Assembly (NCBI GenBank): GCA_965113315.1
Contig: OZ220363.1
Source: Podarcis vaucheri
Taxonomy: Eukaryota
Length of the DNA: 64,000 nt
Direction: 5' to 3' (one strand)
Below the pieces are notes generated by a model, which saw only the letters and a program-made list of their open reading frames with translations, ran no database searches and was not told the origin of the DNA. The translations under genes and the position numbers were made by a program. Of the stretch, positions 49,850-60,796 are shown piece after piece. Every line of letters starts with the position of its first letter. Positions within the stretch are counted from its first letter, which is position 1.

Positions 49850-50587
49850 TGTCCATTACTGGAGGGCTCTATTAAATCAAAGATTAGTAAAAAGGACTAT
49901 TTCTGTTTATATAATGATGCAGCTGGACACAATCCTGACCTAGCAGTAAATCTCATTGTATTCACTTGGATGTACTTCTGAGAAGACCTGGATAGGTACT
50001 GTAAGTGTGTGCAAGCTTCAGTTCATACACCAATTTGGTGCTTTGGAAATTGGCTCAATTTGGATCAGATTGCTTTCGAAGCAGGGTTCTAGAGAAGAAC
50101 CCTGATATTGAAAACCCAAAGCATTTTGCCTTCCCATTAACTATAATGGATAAATAAAGGGCTGTAACTTCCCTGCCCCATGTTGGACAAAATCTGCAGG
50201 TATAGTAGCCCTTTCTGAATGAACTGAGCCTTTCAAGTTATAGACAGATGGATAAAGTTTGTGCTGGACACCTTTGGCGCCACCCCATGCAGTATGTCTG
50301 ACTTCTGCATTATTCACTATCTGGAATAATTTTAGTAAGAATAATAATTTTATTATTTAAAGCCCATCCATCTGGCTGGGTTTCCCTAGCCACTCCTGTT
50401 AAGAAGGATTCACCTGTGTCCACACATACTTACACACCACACACAATTTGTATGGAAATGTCACAGAAGTGCTTCCAGGCAAGAAGCCTGCCAAATTTCA
50501 GAAGAATAGATACAGGGGGGTTAAACGTTGATTTCTGCAGAATGAAAAAGGGGATCACTTTGTTCCGTGGTAGTTTTCTGAGCATTA

Positions 50588-51775
50588 CAGTGGTGCCCCG
50601 CAAGACGAATGCCTCGCTAGACGAAAGGGTTTTTCGTTTTTTGAGGTGCTTCGCAAGACGAATTTCCCTATGGGCTTGCTTCGCAAGATGAAAACGTCTT
50701 GCAAGTTTGTTTCCTTTTTTGTAAAACCGTTAATACCCAGGGTGCATTGCTTGAAGAGGTGCAGTTGCGACTTGACTTTGAGGAGCAACTCATAGCATGC
50801 GGTGTGGTAGCCTTTTTTGAGGTTTTTGAAGACTTTGGTGATTTTTGAAGCTTTTCCAAAACTTCTTTTGCAGCCATTTGGTAAGTTAAACTTTTAAAAC
50901 TTTTTTGGGGGTTTTTGGATTTTGGGTTGGGGTGTTTGGAATTCAAGGACTTGGTGTTGGGGAGGGGTTTGCAAGAATCTGGAAGCTTGTGTGTTTTCTG
51001 GGAGGTTTGGTGCTTTTGAATTTTTTGGATGTGAAGCACTGATTTTTTTTGGGGGGGGTTGCGAAGGTAGGAGCTATGCTGCCATGGGACCCAAGAAGAC
51101 TGCTGCAGAGGCCGGCGAGAGGAAGAAGGAGAAGGTTACGCTGGAAATGAAGGAGATCATCCAGGAGCTGGTCGAACTGCAGGCAGAGGCTGCGCAGGAG
51201 CAGGCCTCGCTGGAAGAGGAGGAAGCAACTGAGGAACGGTTGTCCTCCAAAGAACTGAGGGACATTTGCCTGAGGTGGAAGGATGTGCAGGCTTTTGCAC
51301 AGCGGCACCACCCTGACAAGCACGTGGCACATGACCTTGCGAACACTTTTGATACGAGGGTCATGTCGCCTTTCAGGGAGGTGCTGAAAAGGCGGATGAA
51401 GCAGCAGACCATGGACAGGTTCTTCAGCAAGAAGCAAAGAGTGGAAGAGGAACCTTCTTCGAGTTGTCCCCCAGAGTCTTAGAAAATGTACTGTACACTT
51501 TGTTGATTTTTAAATGTTTTTCTGTCATGTTTAGAAACTTAATTTATTGTTCCTTCAATTTTCGAAATGCTCTTTACAGTATGTGTGACTTTAAAGAGCA
51601 CTTAATAAACTCTTGTTGTACCAAATTTGGCTTTGTTTGGACTTTTTTTGACCATAGGAACGCATTAATTGAATTTCAGTGCATTCCTATGGGATTTCGT
51701 GCTTTGCAACACGAAAAATTCGCTAGACGAAAAAACTCGTGGAACGAATTAATTTCGTCTTGCAAGGCACCACTG
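50588..51775 (+). mobile_element. Internally deleted pogo/Tigger DNA transposon
   Basis: 22-bp TIRs CAGTGGTGCC(CC/TT)GCAAGACGAA; TA TSD; residual transposase N- and C-termini; AATAAA at ~51604. Confidence 0.92.
51084..51482 (+). CDS. 132-aa mini-transposase remnant (Tigger N-terminus fused in frame to C-terminus; no HTH or DDE domain)
   Basis: GCCATGG start; MGPKK...KVTLEMKEII joined to ELVELQ...HPDK...FREVLKRRMKQQTMDRFF, resembling Tigger transposase ends. No evidence of expression. Confidence 0.55.
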   Translation: MGPKKTAAEAGERKKEKVTLEMKEIIQELVELQAEAAQEQASLEEEEATEERLSSKELRDICLRWKDVQAFAQRHHPDKHVAHDLANTFDTRVMSPFREVLKRRMKQQTMDRFFSKKQRVEEEPSSSCPPES

Positions 51776-51838
51776 TATGTCCTTCTCCAGAAATGTGTTA
51801 TGTGAATCCCAATCTCTAAACAAGCAACGGTCACTGGG

Positions 51839-51900
51839 GGTTGCTAGCTTTTGTGGCATAAGGTTTATTGGTTGCTAGCTTTTGTGGCATAAGGTTTATT
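51839..51900. repeat. Perfect 31-bp tandem duplication
   Basis: GGTTGCTAGCTTTTGTGGCATAAGGTTTATT twice. Confidence 0.95.
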
Positions 51901-54665
51901 GGTACATATATACAGGCTGAGCATAAAATGAAAGGTTCACAGTATGAACACTCTCACAGCCCCTGCTCCCCCATTAGGTTTCTGGAACCAGCAAACAGCG
52001 AATCAGGACTCTCTGGTGCTTTTCAGCTCTAGTCCCAAGACTGACTGTTTTATGGGGGGGGGGGGTTTCTAGACACACCCCTCAATGACTCCACCTCCAG
52101 ACAGAAGAGAGGGGCGAAGACATATCTGCTTCAGTTCATCTTCCCAAATTGTAAAGAAATTAAATATATGGAGACAACACTTTGGCCCAAGTTTACCTAA
52201 CAAAGCATCTATTTAACAGACCTTAGAAAAGAAACTGATTTGATCATTCCAGCAGTCCTCTTTCCCCGCAGATTCAAATATTACAGCTAAAAAACCACAG
52301 GACTGAAGGGGACCCCAAAAATACATTTATTCTAACCCGAGACTTATTAGAGTGTTAATGACTCATAAGGCAATTGCACTGACTCAATCAGTTGTAGGAC
52401 GCCACCACTGGCTCCTTGTCACCACCAGCCTCCTGACCCGTTTTCCTCAGGACAAACATGCAGAATTTTAAATTGCTTACTTTCAATAAAAATGCAAAAA
52501 GGGAAATTAGAACAAATCTTTCCTGGATGTTTTCTACCCTCCCTCCTTCACTTTTATGTGGCAGAGACCAACCAGCAATAATCAACCAGGGCCATTTAGT
52601 TATAGTCTCGTCTTGCTGTGACTAATAGGATGATTGGTTGTATAGCTTCTTTATGGTTGTTCATTATATCACCCTTACATAAAGTAATTTAATTTCAGTG
52701 GGATAATTAGGGCATTTCTAATCTAACTGATAGTCTGAATGAAATTAGATTCTCAGAGGGAGATTTGTGTATCGGGAGACTGGTGACCTTTGGCCCCAAT
52801 TTTCACACAATGTATTAAACTGACAGCCCGACTCCAAAGCTCTGCTCTACTGTATCTTTGCAACTTGTGCTGATCCTGGTGCTACTGGAAGGAACCTTAA
52901 ACAAGCTCCTGGATCCCAGTAGATTCAAATTGACTAGGAGGTTGATGGTGTAAAGGAAACATGCACACCTCAGATTAATTAAATGGACATTCCAGCAAAG
53001 GCATAATCTGAGCTATTCCTGCCCCATGACTCTGCTCTGGAATATCTGAAGTAATAGCAAAGAAAGAAAAAGCCACTGAGCATGTGCAGAATACTCCATC
53101 CTCCACAGGCACTTAGTGTGTGAGGACGGATATAGACCGCGCCTGCTGTCCACACCCCCAAACCCATATATGTTCAGCAGAGCAGGTGAAACATGTCCCT
53201 ACACACCTACAGATCAGAAAATATTGAGTCACTTACCTTTGCTGACTATGCTAGGCTTTCGTTGGTGTTCAGCGAAAGGATCTATAAGTGCTCAGTGTTG
53301 TCTCCTTGGAGCCATCAAGACTATGGGTGCTGATCTGGAAACTTGGCTAGAATTCTTCAAGTACTACAGGGTTTTCTTATGGGGTGGTGAGCTTCTGGTT
53401 GAGGTTGACCTTAAGGTACATACTGAAGCAGACGGGGATTTGGCCTTTGAGATATTCTATAGAGAAGAATAGGTCAACACACTCAAGTTTGGTCACCTAA
53501 ATGAAAGTTTAGGTGGGTTCCAAAGCCTCCGAGATAACCAGATAAGTATACTGAGCAGACAATTAATTGACTGCTTTGACTCTGAGAAAGGTGAATAAGG
53601 ACATTGGCGTCTGGTGTATCTTCCTTCATCAGACATTTGCTGCCACTCAGGCACAGGTTAACATGTGATTAGTGAGGGGAAGAACATTCTTCATGGAAGA
53701 TCTGCAAAATTTACCTGCTCAACTTTTTCTAGGCAGCTGGAGAGAAATGTAGTAAGGGAAACTAGTGCTTTCCTGTGGCAGGATCAGTGAGGGTCAAAGA
53801 AGGATGAGCATCCCAAGGCATTACTCAGAGTGAAGAGCTTTCCCCCTAACCCGCCTCTATGGGCTAGTAGGCTGGGGTGGTGGTCCAGGGTCTTGAATAC
53901 CCTTGGAATATTTATGTGCCATCCCCCACTCCCATGACTTCATCTCCTACAGCCTATCTTTAACGCAAGGGCTGTGTTGAGAAGAGTGTGGAACTGTCAG
54001 CTGCTCCAGGGTTGAGTTTGTCCAGATAAGAGACAGAGGATGATTGAGATAGAGTGTGCACCATCTCACCCATGAGATACATACAGTGGCTGGAGCCATA
54101 ATATCATCTGATTGCACCTCATTGAAAATTGTTGTCCCTTTGGACATGAGAGGATTAATGGGGCACGAAAGACTGTTTCCAGCTGGTCCAAAACAAAAAG
54201 ACTGTTTCCAGCTGGTCCCAATCCAAAACAAAGTAAACTGGAGCGGTCCCCCTGACCTCCAAAAAGGGGGTTCAGGGGTATTTAGTATCACAGTTGTAAG
54301 TAGGCTTCCCATATTAAATTTACTTCTGCATCATCAAATGTAAGTGAGATGTTAAATTTTGATAATGGTGCATCAACACAGCCCAGAGAGGAGGAGATAA
54401 AAAATGAAGACCAACTTATTTCTGGAGTGTAGTCTCCTAGTTGCTGAGGGTGGTATTCAACTACCATAGTCACACTAATGCAAGGATTAGCTGTGGTGTA
54501 ATTGGATTTCCCTCCTCTCCTCCTCCAGTACTGCTCCATATTGGCTGCAAATCTCTGAAAAGTTGGGGGAGCAGATTTAGGGGATGCGCAAGGAGAGAAG
54601 GGGGAAGAACATTCCATTGCACAAGTTGAATCCCTTACTCTGACAGGACATTTTGCTTAGCTTTA

Positions 54666-55286
54666 TGTTGAATATAATGTATTCCAAGGCCAAGGTGGAA
54701 AGCCCCCCTTCTCACAGAAAGGAGCCACAGTACTGCCATAAGTTATGTGAAAGCTTTCCTTTCACTGATAGAAAGAGCCACTGACAACTCTGGAGAAGCT
54801 AAAAATTCAAATCCAGTTGAAGATGCCCTAGATTAGACTGCAGCAAACTTATATAAGGAGCCAGCTGAGGAAGGTTTGTTGGAGTCCTCTGGGTCTCTTC
54901 CCTGCACGGAACAGAGAATGATCCTTGGCACATTAAATGCTCTGCAACAAAAATTATTAGATAAAAGCAATCTTCTTTAAACCTGGCAACCACCACCAAA
55001 AAAAGCTCTCTCAGAGAACTCTGCAGAGAATGCCCTCTTGTCAGTGCCATTTATGAGGCAAGTAAACCAAACTATGACTGAGGTATCTAGAGGATCCTCT
55101 CTCTGGAGAAATGTGAGAACAGTAGAGTTGCTTATTTGAATCATCTAAACATCCTGCCTACACCTATACTCAGCCTGTATATTTGTAAATAAACTCAAAC
55201 ACTACACAAGTCCCCAATGATCTCTTTCTCCAATGGAAACCAAACCCAGGTAAGTGGTGGACCCCTTAAATGGAATACACCTAACA
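54666..55286 (+). mobile_element. Possible degraded LTR remnant
   Basis: TGTTG...TAACA candidate ends, TTATATAAGG and GTAAATAAAC signals in order; no TSD found. Confidence 0.35.
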
Positions 55287-55291
55287 GTTGT

Positions 55292-55934
55292 TGTCCTGAA
55301 CCCTTGGCCTACCTGGCAGCAAGTCAGTGTGCCACGTCCAAAGCTCAAAATCCAAGGGTCAATCCACACAAGAGAAATCCAAAGTTCAGGAATGTGGTTC
55401 AGGGTTAATCTAAGTAACCAAGTCTGAAGTCCAGCAGTCAGAATACAAACCCAAAGCACAGTCCTGTGAAGATTCAGGAGCACCCATGTCAAGGTCCCTC
55501 AACAACTGGCAGTTGACACAGCACCTCAGCTTTACTGCTCTTTTATATTTTGCCTGTTGATTGCAGCATCTGGGCTTGATGAGGCATGTGACCCTCAGTT
55601 GTTCTGAGCCTACTCCAGCTGAGGAATCACACTCCTCTTCCCAGAGCTAGAGAGCCCCACCTGGCTGTGGGCCCTTGCCTGCCTCAGCCTCCTGGAGCAC
55701 CTCTCCCGCTGCTCCCTAAGCCTCAGAGCCCACCATGTTTGTGGAGACCTCTCTGGCTCTGGTGATGGGTCCTGCTGCTCCGGTTCCTGTGCACTGACCC
55801 CCATCCCCTTGTCATCCTCCATCACCCTGTGAGTACCTTCCCCATCCCCAGCTTGCCCTGGTGTGTCCCAGTCCCACCTACACCCCTCGCTGGGATCCTC
55901 TTCCTCCTCCCTATAGGCCTACCAGTTCATGACA
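55292..55934 (-). mobile_element. Solo Gypsy-type LTR (643 bp)
   Basis: Termini TGTC(A/C)TGAAC inverted; 5-bp TSD GTTGT; minus-strand TATAAAA near 55541-55547. Confidence 0.88.
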
Positions 55935-56026
55935 GTTGTTAATTAAATAATTTGTGTCTTGTCTCTTCATAGTCTTTCTCAGTTTCCACGAAAGGGAGCT
56001 TCAAAGTACAATGGACAGTTTTATTG

Positions 56027-56227
56027 GCCAGTGAGGTGTAGTGGCTAAAGTGTTGGATGAGAGACCCAGGTCCAAATTGTCACAACTTCACACTAAAAAA
56101 GCTTACTTGAGTCAGTCATATCATATACCTAAGGTACCTCACATGGTCATGAAGATAACATGAAAGTGGGAGAAGCACATGTCACCTGGAGCTCCTTTAA
56201 AGAACACTGAAATACATATGCACCAAA

Positions 56228-56270
<43 letters not shown>

Positions 56271-56271
56271 A
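56027..56271 (+). mobile_element. Degenerate tRNA/CORE-type SINE with (TAAA)n tail
   Basis: GGTGTAGTGGCTAAAGTGTTGGA head, TACCTCACA.GGT..TGAAGATAA body, (AAAT)n at 56225-56271. Confidence 0.6.
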
Positions 56272-57150
56272 ATAACATTTCATACTTACATTCATTGTTC
56301 TATCAAAACCACATGCCCACAGTTGCATCATTGTTTATTGTCATATATCCAGGATGAGTGTGAAAAACTGTTGTCTCTTCTCTTTCTGAAACGTCTTTAG
56401 GAAAATGTTGGCATGAAGATATTTTAACTTGACTAAATGCAATGTCTCCCTTCAAAAATTCTTCATTAGACTTGCTTTTCAGATCTTTTATCGTCTTTGT
56501 AGCTCTCTGTTTTCAAAATCCTTGTTGAACACAGGTTCTTGACATTCTAATTGCAAGCAATATCTTTTCTGTTTTGTTCATCTCTCTGCAGCATACGTAG
56601 TTGGATAGTTGTATTTCAAGAGATTAGCATTGTTATGCTGCATGGAAGTCAGGTAACAAATCAAAGCAAACTTCAAATGCTAGGAGAGTTACCAGCAATG
56701 TAGAGTTTGATTGCCAGCTTACAATTGTCTAATGACCCATTGGTGATGGTCCATTTCCCTGTTAGATTAAGAGTACAGTCCTGTGCTCTCCCAACACCTG
56801 CAAGAGTGGCACAGGACCTCACATTTAAGTATTATCAATGGTAAATATACAGTAAGCATAAAACTGGTGAGGAGGAACAATAATGAGATGGCACCAGGGA
56901 CAATGCAGGGGATGGGACCTGCATACACTCAAATGTTCAGGCCCAGAAGACTGAAATTGCTGAATTAGTACTTATCCCGAGATTGACTCTATCCACTTAG
57001 GTATGAATAAAGACAATGGCTTCCTGTACCATTGCAGGTGTTAATTAGCAATGCTAGGAGGTTTCATCACCATTTACTGCCATTGCAAATGGACATTTAG
57101 GCAGTTTGTCACAGACTGTACCTTTTGCATTTCATTGTCATCTGATTCTG

Positions 57151-57157
<7 letters not shown>

Positions 57158-57203
<46 letters not shown>
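57158..57203. repeat. (CA)n microsatellite
   Basis: Directly visible. Confidence 0.95.
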
Positions 57204-57205
<2 letters not shown>

Positions 57206-57278
57206 GCCCTGCACAACTGAAGATAGCACTTCTGATGAAATGGACTCTAGTTCATGAAACCACATGCCATAATAAATA

Positions 57279-57504
57279 CAGTGGTACCTCGGGTTACAGA
57301 CGCTTCAGGTTACAGACTCCACTAACCCAGAAATAGTACCTCAGGTTAAGAACTTTGCTTCAGGGTGAGAACAGAAATCATGCTCCGGCGGCGCAGCAGC
57401 AGCGGGAGGCCCCATTAGCTAAAGTGGTACCTCAGGTTAAGAACAGTTTCAGGTTAAGAACAGACCTCCAGTACGAATTAAGTTCTTAACCCGAGGTACC
57501 ACTG
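57279..57504 (+). mobile_element. Tigger-type MITE, copy 4
   Basis: CAGTGGTACCTCGGGTTA...TAACCCGAGGTACCACTG, TA TSD. Confidence 0.92.
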
Positions 57505-57760
57505 TAAAGGCTAGAAGATTCTTCATTGCTTGGGGGTAAACGATGAAGGGTTCAGACACCTCACATGGTTCCAAATATCCTAAGACATGCCAGTAAATGT
57601 TTAACATTTGCCAAAGTGCTAATATTCATTATGAAATATCTGTCATTAAATGCTTACCTCCTTTATTCTTTCTGCACACCACAGTAAGATACTGAGCATG
57701 AGAGATGAGTAGAATGACTTGCCCAAGGCTGCCCAGTGATTCTATGATTGGATCAAATTT

Positions 57761-58122
57761 TGTTGTTGTTGTTTAGTCGTTTAGTCGTGTCTGACTCTTC
57801 GTGACCCCATGAATCAGAGCACACCAGGCACTCCTGTCTTCCACTGCCTCCCGCAGTTTGGTCAAACTCATGCTGGTAGCTTCGAGAACGCCATCCAACC
57901 ATCTCGCCCTCTGTTGTCCCCTTCACCTTGTGCCCCCCATCTTTCCCAACATCAGGGTCTTTTCCAGGGAGTCTTCTCTTCTCATGAGGTGGCCAAAGTA
58001 TTGGAGCCTCAACTTCACAATCTGTCCTTCCAGTGAGCACTCAGGGCTGATTTCCTTAAGAATGGATAGGTTTGATCTTCTTGCAGTTCATGGGACTCTC
58101 AAGAGTCTCCTCCAGCACCATA
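57761..58122 (-). mobile_element. RTE-BovB LINE 3' fragment
   Basis: (CAA)n tail; ATGGGGTCACGAAGAGTCAGACACGAC 3' end; WCWRRLLRVP-type coding remnant; 14-bp TSD ATTGGATCAAATTT (57747-57760, 58123-58136). Confidence 0.92.
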
Positions 58123-58238
58123 ATTGGATCAAATTTAGCCTGTGGATTTATCCAGTCATGAAACTAGCCAGTGAAAGCATCCCTCTAGGAGAGCTGGGAC
58201 GCGGGCAATCACATCTGATCTCAGATAGCACATGGGTA

Positions 58239-58593
58239 AAGTAAAGGTAAAGGGACCCCTGACCATTAGGTCCAGTCATGGCTGACTCTGGGGTTGCGGC
58301 ACTCATCTCGCTTTATTGGCCGAGGGAGCCGGCGTACAGCTTCCGGGTCATGTGGCCAGCATGACTAAACCGCTTCTGGCGAACCAGAGCAGCACACGGA
58401 AATACCATTTACCTTCCCACCGGAGCGGTACCTATTTACCTACTTGCACTTTGACGTGCTTTCAAATTGCTAGGTTGGCAGGAGCAGGGACTGAGCAATG
58501 GCAGCTCGCCCCATCACGGGGATTTGACCTGTCGACCTTCTGATCGGCAAGTCCTAGGCTCTGTGGTTTAACCCACAGCGCCACCCACATCCC
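58239..58593 (-). mobile_element. Full-length Sauria SINE (Squam1 type)
   Basis: Head GGGATGTGGGTGGCGCTGTGGGTTAAACC; (TTTACC)n tail; BovB-like 3' end; 14-bp TSD ATAG(C/A)ACATGGGTA. Confidence 0.92.
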
Positions 58594-58795
58594 ATAGAAC
58601 ATGGGTAGACAAATCTAAAAAAAACCTGGACATAAATTTTCATGGCCCTCTAGCAGTTATGGTGGCTCATTCACCAGAAGTAATGTATTTAGCGTTTACT
58701 CTGGAAGTGTATACTCGATTCTGACCAAACTAAGCTTCCTGATGTATATTTTTATAAGAATTTTTTAAAGTGTAGAACAGCTGGTGGGAAAGTGT

Positions 58796-58915
58796 GAATC
58801 ATAGAATCATAGAGTTGGAAGAGACCACAAGGGCCATCGAGTCCAACCCCCTGCCAAGCAGGAAACACCATCAGAGCACTTCTGACATATGGTTGTCAAG
58901 CCTCTGCTTAAAGAC
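58796..58915 (-). mobile_element. CR1 3' end, same young family as 6923-7603
   Basis: Nearly identical to the reverse complement of ~7472-7590; flanking AGTGT direct repeat. Confidence 0.93.
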
Positions 58916-59612
58916 AGTGTTTTGTAAGGCAGTCTAGAGAACCGCACTTCTTGCCATGCCCACTTTTAAAGACTCTGGTCACATCGACTTTTACATACCC
59001 ACTCCCCAGAGGGTTAACCATGGGTCAAGAAAGGTCAGCCACTCCATGCTAATGGCTATCAAAACATCCTATAGCAATGAATTACACAAACTAATTACAT
59101 ATTGCTGCATTCAGTCCTACTATCTATCAACTGGAGGGGACTTGATTTAGCAGAATAGCATTAACTGACTTCATTACCTCATGTCAAGGAAGAGTTATGT
59201 TGTATTGGCGCAGCAATTCCCTTATGTGCTTTATAAAAGTTTATTGTCGTTTTGGAAGAAAATGTCTGCATATATAAGGTGGCATGCCAGAGACATGGAG
59301 GGTGCCAAGCCCATAGAGAAGTAAGACAGGGAAGTCAATGTGGATGCTTTTTTTTTACTTCCATTGGAAAATCTGTGTTTTTTCCTTTCCTTTTTGTAAA
59401 GGGTTATATCCACTCTGACCAAATGGGGACCAACCCCACTGCCTATTATCACACAGCCTCACTTCCATTTTAAGGATGCCCCTGGAAGGCAATCTCTCAG
59501 AATGCCAATTTTCTCTGGGAAAGGTGAATTAAGCGAAGGTGTAGTACCAAGACAAAAACCATCCCTAAGCTTCTGGAATAACACCCTGCAGCTATACAAA
59601 GTGATGTCAGTG

Positions 59613-59616
<4 letters not shown>

Positions 59617-59685
<69 letters not shown>
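59617..59685. repeat. Compound (TG)n(TA)n microsatellite
   Basis: Directly visible. Confidence 0.95.
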
Positions 59686-59687
<2 letters not shown>

Positions 59688-60029
59688 TCAAGACACGAAA
59701 GCTTTAGCAACTAATCTACACTTAATGACCCACCCAGTGGTATTCAGAATATCACTCATGAAATCACTCAAGATATCCCTCAAGTAATTAAGGAACAAAA
59801 GAAGAAAAGGCACACTAATCTAGGAACTTCCTCTCTGCCCAGAACGTTGGAGGCTATACACCACACCCCTCAACAGTATTTATAGGAACTCAAACACCAG
59901 ATTCTGCTCTGTTCCAGTAACAAGAAGCCGAAAGCACCAGCCTGAAGATGACGAGTGAGACCTCGTCGAAACGTCGCACAGACACCCCGACTCTTACACG
60001 GGAAGACACCCGAAGACACCAAAACCTGC
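59686..60029 (+). mobile_element. Penelope-like element terminal fragment inserted in a (TA)n tract
   Basis: (TA)n on both sides; contains the minimal hammerhead motif typical of PLE pseudo-LTRs; no ORF to confirm the class. Confidence 0.65.
59940..59977 (+). ncRNA. Minimal type I hammerhead ribozyme motif
   Basis: CUGAAGA (59942-59948), extra U, stem II GACGAG/CUCGUC, GAAA, palindromic ACGU stem III, GUC triplet ending at 59975; stem I only about 2 bp. Confidence 0.7.
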
Positions 60030-60093
60030 ATATATATATATATATATATATGCCTTCTTCTTGTTTCATTTCTGAGTAGGGTTACCCAATGCC

Positions 60094-60746
60094 CTGTATC
60101 CAGGGCAGCTGTCTACCAACTCCACCTGGTATGCAGGCTGAGACCCTACCTGCCCGCGGACTGTCTCGCCAGAGTGGTGCATGCTCTAGTTATCTCCCGC
60201 TTGGACTACTGCAATGCGCTCTACGTGGGGCTACCTTTGAAGGTGACTCGGAAACTACAGCTAATCCAGAATGCGGCAACTAGACTGGTGACTGGGGGCA
60301 GCCGCCGAGACCACATAACACCGGTCTTGAAAGACCTACATTGGCTCCCAGTACGTTTCCGAGCACAATTCAAAGTGCTGGTGTTGACCTTTAAAGCCCT
60401 AAACGGCCTCGGCCCAGTATACCTGAAGGAGCGTCTCCACCCCCATCGTTCTGCCCGGACACTGAGGTCCAGCGCTGAGGGCCTTCTGGTGGTTCCCTGA
60501 TTGCGAGCAGCAAAGCTACAGGGAACCAGGCAGAGGGCCTTTTCGGTAGTGGCGCCCGCCCTGTGGAATGCCCTCCCATCAGATGTCAAAACGATAAACA
60601 ACTACCTGACATTCAGAAGACATCTTAAGGCAGCCCTGTTCAGGGAAGTTTTTAATGTATGATATTTTAGTGTTTTTTTGGTTTCTATGGAAGCCGCCCA
60701 GAGTGGCTGGGGAAACCCAGCCAGATGGGCAGGGTACAAATAATAA

Positions 60747-60796
<50 letters not shown>
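60094..60796 (+). mobile_element. L2-clade LINE, 5'-truncated young copy
   Basis: SRLDYCNALYVGLP...LQLIQNAATRLV...HITPVLKDLHWLPV ORF2 C-terminus; (TTA)n tail. Confidence 0.92.

Noticed and set aside
51402-51440. CRL4-Cdt2 PIP degron in the Tigger mini-ORF
   Set aside because: Lacks TD at positions 5-6 and a basic residue at +4; only a plain PIP box is supported.
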